Shown piece by piece: positions 54,976-64,000 of a stretch of DNA of 64,000 bases; the stretch's first letter is position 1, and every line of letters starts with the position of its first letter. Made by a program: the position numbers and the translations under genes. The DNA comes from Octopus sinensis (lineage: Eukaryota). Where the stretch lies: positions 121,272,001 to 121,336,000 of the forward strand of contig NC_042997.1 in NCBI RefSeq assembly GCF_006345805.1, written 5' to 3'. A model generated the notes under the pieces. It was not told the DNA's origin. It saw nothing but the letters and a program-made list of their open reading frames with translations, and searched no databases.

Positions 54976-56239
54976 CACCAGCAGCAACAACAACAATTAT
55001 CATCATCGTCGTTGTCGTCCTCGTATCGTCGTCTTTGTCATTATTATCCACCTCCATTTCATCATCATCATCAACACCACCACCACCACCACCACCACCA
55101 CCACTACCACCATCATCATCATCATCATCAACATCATAACTATCATCAACTAATCCAGCTGGATCGGATATCGTAAATCTCTCGATTTGTGAATGTCATT
55201 TACGATCCCAGATCTACAGATAATCAGAGGGCTTCAGTTTCGGAACCAGGTTAACCTTGTCAACGTCACAGATATATAATATCTTCAAACAGCCTGTAAA
55301 AAACAGAGAAGTTGTCAAGTTGAACACTGTTTTGAATATAAACATTTCATCTTACGTTATAAAGAGGCTCGTATTACGATGAATATTTAAAGGTCACGTT
55401 TTGTGTCTCGCAATAATATATTTTTGTCTTCAAAATCAGATGCAAAGAACGTGAGAGAAAAGATACACAAAGATTACGCATTATTATGATTAATTTTGCG
55501 TACAAAATATACGAGTCCAGGTAGTTAATAGGTAATAGTTTATATAGAATATCATTTCCTTCAAACTTTAATATTAAGCATGATAAATTTTAAAAAACGA
55601 ATTTTGAAAAAATGTCATGATGCTTAACATATATGTTTTGAAATTTCAGACCATTTTTGACGCAAGTATGGTTGAATAATTGTTTGCATACTTCTAACAT
55701 TTGCCAACTAGTCTATAAGAGGTACACCATTTTTATTTGATTATACGCATGTATATATATATAAGATGGAGGTGGAAATAGCACAGAAGTAAGTCGAAGA
55801 CATTTCAATTTAAGGGGGAATTGAATAAAAGAAATTATTTCAAAATTATATAGAGGATATTACTGGTTTCGATGCATCGCATCTTATCAAATGTCAGTAA
55901 AAATTTATAAGAATTTGAAGTGAAAACAGTTTATCTTCTGACTGGGGGTCAAGAATATCTCTGAAGATTTTTTCACTGAAGTCTTCTTTAAACATAGTTC
56001 GGTATAGAGTTCATAGTGTTAGAGAGTGAGAGAAGGAGAGCCAGTTGCCTAAAATAGATGTTTGTGTGTGCCTGTCAAAGGAGTGGCTAAAGAGTATTTC
56101 TTGAATGGGCTTTATGTCCACTTATGTGAGTATGTGTGTGTGTGTGTGTGTGTGCATGTGTGCACTGTTTAATGCCCTTTCAAATATATATATATATATA
56201 TAACTGCAAATGTGCCGCTGTGATGGTATGGTGATGTGA

Positions 56240-56368
56240 CGATGTAGCACTGCGACACTGTGTGGTGAGGAGTTTGTTTTCCAAACACATGGTTCCACAT
56301 TCAGTCTCACCGCGTAGTACCTTAGCAAGGAATTCTACTATGGCCTCAGCTCGACCAAAGCCCTTATG

Positions 56369-56370
<2 letters not shown>
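56240..56370 (+). mobile_element. SINE family B head fragment followed by (TG)n
   Basis: ctgtgtggtgagg..catggttcc..ttcagtctcac..ctcgaccaaagcc. Confidence 0.65.
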
Positions 56371-56429
<59 letters not shown>

Positions 56430-56664
56430 GTGTGTGTTTGTGTGTGTGTTTGTGTGTGTGAGTGTGTGTGGATGGATGTATAAGGTAGAAAATATTTTAG
56501 TAGGAAAAGATACATGGTGGATATAAATAGAGAAAGGGATAAGATGAAAAAACACAGAAGATTTGTTTTCCAGGATTTAAGAGTATATTAGAGCCATGAT
56601 AATAATGATATTATACAAGTTTGTACAATATAAGGTTTTGTTCTTTCAACTGAAGAAAAGACTT

Positions 56665-57050
56665 TTTCACTTTTATTCTTTTACTTGTTTCCGTCATTTG
56701 ACGGTGGCCATGCTGGAGCACCGCCTTTAGTCGAGAAAATCAACCCCCAGGACTTATTCTTTGTAAGCCTAGTACTTATTCTATCGGTCTGTTTTGCCGA
56801 ACAGCTAGGTTACGGGGACGTAAACACACCAGCATCAGTTGCCAAGCGACAACACAGACACACAAATATATACAGACACACACACACACATATATATATA
56901 TACATATATACGACGGGTTTTTTTCAGCTTCCGTCTACCAAATCCACTCACAAGGCTTTGGTCGGCCCGAGGCTATATTAGAAGACACTTGCCCAAGGTG
57001 CCACACAGTGGGACTGAACCCAGAAGCATGAGGTTTGTAAGCAAGCTACT
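56665..57050 (-). mobile_element. SINE family B
   Basis: All internal blocks present; head slightly truncated. Confidence 0.88.
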
Positions 57051-57299
57051 TTATTTTATTTCATTGGCCATGAAGGCCGTATACGGAGAGATCAGTGACG
57101 AAAAGGATGGTATAAATGGGAGGACGCAAAAGACGCCCGCCGATCTTCTGCTTCTGTAAAACATTGCTCTTTCTTGTTTTGTTTTATTTTTTATTTAAAA
57201 CAAAACACAACAAATTGAGGTATTTAACCTCTTACCTCAGTTCTACAATTACTGGACTTAATAGTCCATTACAAATTGAGGCGCTGAGCCTCTTACAAA

Positions 57300-57880
57300 C
57301 AATAAACATTTAGGCACCCTAGTTTCTTTATATTTCCTCCCCGACCAGGCCGTGTGCCTCCTGCAGGCAATGATCCATTTCCAGGGTGGGTCCCCAGAAG
57401 GCGAAACTAAACTGGTTCTTCGGAAAGGAGCCCATTACCCTGAACAAATTCGGGTCTTCAGTCCAGGACATGGTCTCCTCCCTCTGGCCCTCTAGCTTCC
57501 TCAAAATGCTCTGAATTATCCCTCTCTTATGGAAGAAAATAACAAAATTATCTCTCGTTGCACTGATTTTCAAAAATCGAAATATTAGTATTTCTAAATC
57601 TCTCTAAATATAAGTAAATAAACCTTCGAAGTGACGGTCAGCAGCGACGCCTGCTGGGCTCGGCTACTCCACATTGCTAAGGGGAAAATACCCCGAAACT
57701 AGTCTGTGGGGCGGAGGTCAAATCAACAAGGGGAAGCTGCTGACCTCCCTTGCTTGAAGGTTTTACTGGACACAGGGTTGTGTGTCACATATTTAGCTAG
57801 AGGCGATGGCCACTTGGGGCTAATCAACGGCAGCATTCGTCCTATTTTCCTGGACTGCCATGTTAGCTTGGCGTTCACTA
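57300..57880 (+). mobile_element. Penelope-like 3' end plus pLTR with well-folded but core-mutated hammerhead (57667-57711)
   Basis: ctccaca-TTGCTAA-gggg aaaata cccc-GAAA-c ta g-TC-tgtgggg: stems I and II intact, GUC triplet, palindromic ACTAGT. Upstream NNKIISRC resembles the PLE C-terminal (E)IISKCRH. Confidence 0.6.
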
Positions 57881-57884
57881 TTAA

Positions 57885-57901
57885 TATATATATATATATT
57901 A

Positions 57902-57978
<77 letters not shown>

Positions 57979-58062
57979 ATACATATACATATATATATAT
58001 ATATATTATATATATATATATATAATATATATATATATAATATATATATATATATACATATA
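57885..58062. repeat. (TA)n microsatellite
   Basis: Direct reading. Confidence 0.95.
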
Positions 58063-58290
58063 TTAGAAGAAATGAGGTACTCAGAAATCTCGATGGTATT
58101 ATATTTACAGATATTATTTATTTATTAGTATGTTACATGTTTTTATAAATCATATATCGTATATAGCGCTTTCGTCCACTCTAGTGGAGTTGTCAAGTTG
58201 AACTTTTGCAAGAATTTTGTCTCTTTTTATAGTATTATTGAGGGTGTAGGAGTGGCGACAGATATACGATAGTACAAAAGGGTGAGGAAT
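58060..58290 (-). repeat. Inverted relative of 41330-41560
   Basis: ttagaagaaatgaggtactcagaaat and ctttcgtccactctagtggagttgtcaa. Confidence 0.7.
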
Positions 58291-58412
58291 GGGGAAAAAC
58301 TGAGAGCGCGCGCGGCGTGTGTGTGTGTGTTTGTATCTGAAAGAAGGGTTAAAGAAGTATATATGTATGTATATTTATGTATGTATATCTATGTATGAAT
58401 ACATATATAGAT

Positions 58413-58645
58413 CTTCTTATTTCTTTATTGCCCACAAGAGGCTAAACATAGAGGGGACAAACAAGGACAGACAAACGGATTAAGTCGATTACATCTACTC
58501 CAGTGCGGAACTCGTACTTAATTTATCGACTCCGAAAGGATGAAAGGCAAAGTCGACCTCGGTTGAATTTGAACTCAGAACATAACGGCAGACGAAATAC
58601 CGCTAAACATTTTTCCCGGCGCACTAACGATCCTGCAAGCTGACA
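58413..58645 (-). mobile_element. SINE family A monomer
   Basis: Reverse complement of the family A unit, terminal gggcaataaagaaataag. Confidence 0.9.
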
Positions 58646-60354
58646 GCCTTTTAAAAGCGATCTTCTTAGCCATACGACCATGCCTGGAAAATTATGATGA
58701 TTAATTCCTAAAGTTTTTATCAAGGAAAGTTCGAAATATTCCAAATCTTAAATTCATGTTTAAACATGAGCTTTAGATTAAAAATGTTAAAGTTCCCGAG
58801 GAAATGCCTTCAAATGCTTTTTACATTTATATTTCAAATGTCTTTTACTTTTAAATCACTGTATCCATATAATAAATGCCAGTAAATCACTGGAATTTAT
58901 AAGACTGACTGCAAAACTTTCCCAAAATACTTGGCTTTATTCCATCTTAAGAAAATTATACAACTGTTGCATGCAGTACCATTATGTAATATATCTGCTA
59001 TTGAATTCCTTCTCTCTCTCTCCCTAAATATCAGCCTATAACGCTGTTTTCATGAAATATCTGCCTGCTGCGTCTTCCGAAGAAGTGAGGAAATTAAATA
59101 CTGAAATAATAAGCTCTATTTTCCTACTTTTACTTATTCGAGAATCAACCTCAGGCAGGGACCAATAGTAATTTCCAAGACTGGAAATTAGGATAGGCCA
59201 TATAGTTTGTAATTTAAGATATTATTATTACCGAAACTGGACATGGAGGTCAGAAAGGATTCATATTTGACGTAATTTCAGGATTGGTGTAAAGTATATA
59301 TTGTGAAAAAAAATTCGATATTGGCAAACGAATGAGAACATGTAAGACCTTCAAGAAGGTCGGACACACCGAACTAACATGACATTTTCCCCAACTGAAT
59401 AATTAAGTGATATTATTTATCAATTTCTACCTCAGGCCTCAAACCACATATTTAGAGAAAATTGATCAAATGATTAAGTTGATATGAACCCTATTTCTTG
59501 AATGAAACATTTATATCGATCAAAAGCGTAGAGTTTGTTTCGGCGTTATTCGAACTTAGAACGTTATGCTACGATACTAAAAACCATAAATCCAATGTTG
59601 TACTGCTTTTTGTTATCCTCCACTCTTGGTGACTTTAATTATTAAACTACAGTAAGTGTTATTCGAAATCTTTATACAGTAAAATTACATTAGAATAATT
59701 ATTGACTTCTTACATCAGTAGAAATTATACAACTGAAATAAGCAGAGTGACATACGTATGAATTCATGTTTAAAACTAGATTAGACGAAAAGTAGTCGGA
59801 AAATTTTGTGTTCACGTATTACTGAATATGGTGAGTGGCGTTACTGAAGTGAAACCTTGAAATCTAAACTAATATTGACTTCCAGTAATTAATAGTGCTA
59901 AACAGTAACATTTACAAACAAGGCAACTGTACTGACATGATTTTCAAGACCATAACGATTGGAAGAGAAATACATTGTTTATTAGATTCAGCCAAAATAC
60001 TTAAAATTCACTGTAGATAACAAATATCGCTATTGGTGTATAGGTTTAGTGTAAAGAAATAGCGCAATATATTTGTCTGGTGCTGTTTCGACTTCTTTTC
60101 ATAAAGTTGTACATATTAATTTCCATCAGATGCACGAAGCGTATTCCAAATTATTGGGTAGAAGGAACAAATGATTAAATTAATGACGATTGACAAACAT
60201 TTGTCGCTCCACAACCATCATTTCTGCTCGTCAGGGCGAATATTAAATTGACCTTGACGAGATCAGAGTTTAATAAATGCCTAACGTAATGCCGAAATCT
60301 AATTTGTTATGCATTTGAAAGATTCAGTAACTGTTTTTGAAAGTTAATATTGGT

Positions 60355-60553
60355 TAGCTACATTGGCACGGGACCAGTAATTTTCCGAGGGGGATAGAAG
60401 CACTCCAGTGCTCAAATGGTATTTATCTTATCGACTCCGGAAATAGGAAAAGCAAAGTCGATGTCGATGGAATTTGAGCACAGAATGTACAGAGGGGCGA
60501 AAAGCCGTTAGTGAATTCGCCCGGCGTACGAACAGATACTGCCAGCTCGCCCT
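60355..60553 (-). mobile_element. Degenerate family A-type SINE
   Basis: gcccggcgtacgaac..ctgccagctcgcc head (rc); aagtcgatgtcgatggaatttg core. Confidence 0.7.
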
Positions 60554-60674
60554 TAATATCAAAATCTATTCTGAGTAAAATATTTTATAGAACATGAAAA
60601 AATAGTATATAGTTGATAGTCATGCAATATGTCTCTGATCCAGCAATTTTCTTTTATTTATGCGCCCTTTTCAA

Positions 60675-60963
60675 GCCTAGCCAGGCTTGTGGGCCCGGTT
60701 TCCCGGTTTCTATGGCGTATGTGTCCCCATCCCCAGCTGGACGGACGCTAGTCCATCGTAGCGTTACTCAAGAAACAGGACGAAAGAGTGAGAGAAAATT
60801 GGGGCGAAAGAGTACAACAGGGGTCGCCACTACCTCTTGCCGGAGCCTCGTGGAGCTTTAGGCGTTTTCGTTCAATAAACACACACAACGCCCGGTCTGG
60901 GAATCGAAAGCGCGATCCTCTGACCACGAACCGCTGCCCTAACCATTGGGCCATTGTGCCTCC
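60675..60963 (-). mobile_element. SINE family C, tail type 3
   Basis: Head and body shared with 18200-18365 and 19300-19480; tail matches 27980-28090. Confidence 0.88.
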
Positions 60964-62134
60964 AATCCAGCAAATTAATGAAACGCAAATAGCCGAATAA
61001 GAATTATAGCCATGCAGCCATCGCAATGAGGAGCATTATAGAGGAGATATGAAGAACTGAATATATAGAGTAAGGCATTGTATTATGGACATATGGTAAA
61101 GTCTCTGCTGGTACGCTCATAGATTCTACTGATGTCTCCACGTAGGTGACCAAAATGCACAATTTCAGAGCATAACTGTTGGCTGATTTTCCACTTCAAT
61201 AAATATTGGTGATGTACATCGTAGCACAGTTTATGAGCTAGTAATGTCACTGAGGAAACACCTGTGTCGTTGTATAATTTTGTTTTGATTTTCACATAAA
61301 ACTATAAAATAAATCAAGACAAGACAAACATGAAAATTGGGGAAGGAAAGTCAGTGCACTTGACTTGTTACAGGGCGTCGGAAACTGATTGGAAGACGCA
61401 AGTGATCCTCAAACCGGAAAAATTGGCCCGAGTGCTTACAACATCCGAAATGCCAGTTGGTGGTGATAAATGGAACGATAGATTAAGTCACCACCCAAGA
61501 AATCAATTTCGAGATTGTGATTAGAATGCAAAAAGCTATAACAAATATAACAAAGCAACTAGTCTACCGTTCTTACAATGCTGCCGTTCGACCATATTGG
61601 ATTGATATGCTTTCATCGAGCGCAAAAAATTAAAATCAGCAAGAGCCGCGGTAGGTGTTTAATATAACTAGCTGAGTGTCGAAGCAAATATTTGTAATTT
61701 TTTTAAATGGATATGAGAGGAAAGCTTTTAGTATGAGGTTTTATTTAAAATTCACTATGGACTCCAGATGATGCCACCTTCTTGAGTTACATAGGAATTG
61801 CGTCAACTGATTTCATCAGATACCGTTTTGGGGTAGATAAAAACATAACTTCTCGTATTCGCCCTTAAAGTTTTCCCAAAGCCTTTGGTTTGTTACAGTG
61901 GTCTTGTTCATTTAATCAACCGCAAAGAAAAAAGTTATAGGTTGTTAAGTCGGGTACCCTGGCTGGGTACTCTTGCAGACCACAACGACCCTTTCATTTC
62001 CTAGAGAAGTGGGCAATCAAACGACAAGTGCAATATGATTACACATTTAATTCTCATACTTCAAAAAGCAAACACCAAAAGAAATTTGAGAAATTATTCC
62101 TAGACATAAATAATTTATAAGTATTTTAGAATAG

Positions 62135-62255
62135 GGTGTATGTATGTATGTATGTATGTATGTATGTATGTATGTATGTATGTATGTATGTATGTATGTA
62201 TGTATGTATGTATGTATGTATGTATGCATGTATGTATGTATGTATGTATGTATAT
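62135..62255. repeat. (TATG)n microsatellite
   Basis: Direct reading. Confidence 0.95.
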
Positions 62256-62265
62256 ACACACACAA

Positions 62266-62490
62266 ATGGAGGGTGAAATGTTCCTGGCTTTAAGAGTATC
62301 ACGAAAGGCCTGGGTCGAAGCCCAAACTTCTGAGTTCTTTTACAGGGTTTAGAAAAAGACTGAAGGACTGCTGCAAAAAGTGTGTGAATCTGAGAGGGGA
62401 ATATGTTGAATAAAATCATAATCAAAATTAACTTATCATCCTGGAATTTCTTTTACGCATAGCCCGGAACTTCCCGGGAAAGCCTCTTAT
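62266..62490 (+). mobile_element. Mariner-derived miniature element (~225 bp)
   Basis: Internal tgtgtgaatctgagaggggaatatgttgaataa encodes CVNLRGEYVE* (mariner C-terminus); degenerate inverted ends gagggtgaaatgttcctggct / agcccggaacttcc..cctc. Confidence 0.65.
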
Positions 62491-62499
62491 ATATATATA

Positions 62500-62534
<35 letters not shown>

Positions 62535-62559
62535 CGAGAGTATGTAGAATATTTGACTC

Positions 62560-63210
62560 TATGGGTAGTTTTAACTTATTTGTGTACAGAATGTGATGAC
62601 ATATGATTTCTTTCGTTTCTTCTTTCCATTTGGAATGCATTGAAGATTGGTGCAGAAAAATCGAGAACCCATATCTTACAAACACGCTGTATGAGGGATG
62701 CAATCAATATGTTGTCTTTACACCATATTAATCGTCTCTTGTCGAATCGTGTTATTTGAGACAACTTTGAACCTAATCCTATCTTTCCTTCTTCCATTAA
62801 AATATATTCCTTATACTACATTTTTGATGTTGTGTATTATTCTGTTTGATGTTTTCATGGGTTGCACTTTAAGTCTGATATTTTGGACTAAGGGTTTCTC
62901 GGTTATTATTGTATTGCGGTTATAACTGACCATCTTCTACTTGTGGCAAGATCTGTGTATGACGTCAATTGCATGTGAAGCTGTGTGCTTGTTTTCAGAA
63001 AGTGTAGAAAGCTCGTAAATTTATTACAAATAGAAAGGGGGAGTGAAAATATCTTTGTCGTACACTGTTCTGAGCAGAGTTGTTCTTGTGCACTACACCT
63101 TCTCGACTACCTAACATAAAGTTTGCCGTTGTATTTGAATCACAAGCCATTGCATTTAAAATGCAAACAATGTTGGTCTCGTTTCTTTTTTGTATTCTGC
63201 GGATCAATAA
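62560..63210 (-). mobile_element. Degenerate non-LTR RT remnant (L1/RTE-like)
   Basis: VRQRYFHSPFLFVI (cf. VRQG.PLSP.LF), HTASHAIDVI (cf. HL.YADD.) and LKVQPMKT (cf. L.IN..KT) in the correct order and spacing. Confidence 0.55.
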
Positions 63211-64000
63211 AATAAATAAGAGTCAAGTTGTGACATGATTTAATTTGTTGTGCTAACCCAATAATATGACAATGTTTGAAATCAATATATTAATATATTT
63301 TGTTTGTATAGCTTGTGTTAAGTTATTGAATATATTAATATGAAAAATAGATTCGGGAATATATAATGGATGTGACTGAAAGGCAGTAGTTACAAAAAAG
63401 AAAATACGTGATTGCTGTATTAATGTTTGCTTAGTTTATGCAGATAGCATTTCTATTAACATACCACTTCAAATATCGACATCTATGATGTCTTAATGTC
63501 CTCTATCCCTGTACATGTACTAGAAGGAGAAGACCACATTGCACCAAATGAAAGAGTTGAACTTAGGTGTGCAAATTTGCATAAAATATCAATTGTACAG
63601 AGCTGCCGCAACGTAAGACGACGTTGATCGATATCCGCAGGACGTAGTCAGTTGGGTTTATAAAGTTCATAAATTCCTATCTAATACTATGTACAACTTC
63701 CTATGATATCACCAATAATTTGGTTTTTGCATTTCAAGTCAGGAAAACTGTCCTGTTTTCGCATTTTATTAATTCTTTTGAGTATCAAAAATATGAGTGA
63801 TAAATATCAATTCTAGAAGACTAATTTAGAATATTCTACCGCTATCAAGAATGCAATTTTCCAAATCGTACGGGCCAATATTTAATGATGATGATGATGC
63901 CTATGAATTACAACATGGCTGTGATATATTCTGCTGATATTTACAAACGTATTTCAATTCAATCAAATAATTATAGCAGTTAATACTAAGTTGTCTACTA

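Noticed and set aside
61330-61524. ORF with Ig-like EGKSVHLTC
   Set aside because: No downstream W or second Cys in register and no splice support; likely chance.

Overview
AT-rich animal genomic DNA, dense in microsatellites and SINEs. The repeat style suggests an octopus/cephalopod genome, but this is inference from pattern recognition, not a database match. I cannot establish any host protein-coding gene: most ORF-track entries are translated microsatellites, and the candidate exons are unsupported. The window looks intronic or intergenic and is a transposon graveyard. It holds a 5'-truncated R4/Dong-type non-LTR retrotransposon (3.5-6.0 kb), degenerate CR1-like and other LINE RT remnants, a full-length but dead mariner (38.6-39.9 kb), a mariner-derived fold-back with ~430 bp arms (45.3-46.8 kb), a Helitron RepHel remnant and a small non-autonomous Helitron, three tandem piggyBac-like remnants each hit by a different insertion (26.6-28.8 kb), Penelope-like pieces (GIY-YIG, pLTRs with minimal hammerhead motifs), at least four SINE families and a 100-N scaffold gap. 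I found no convincing new biological system. The most interesting signals concern how these mobile elements are structured and interact.
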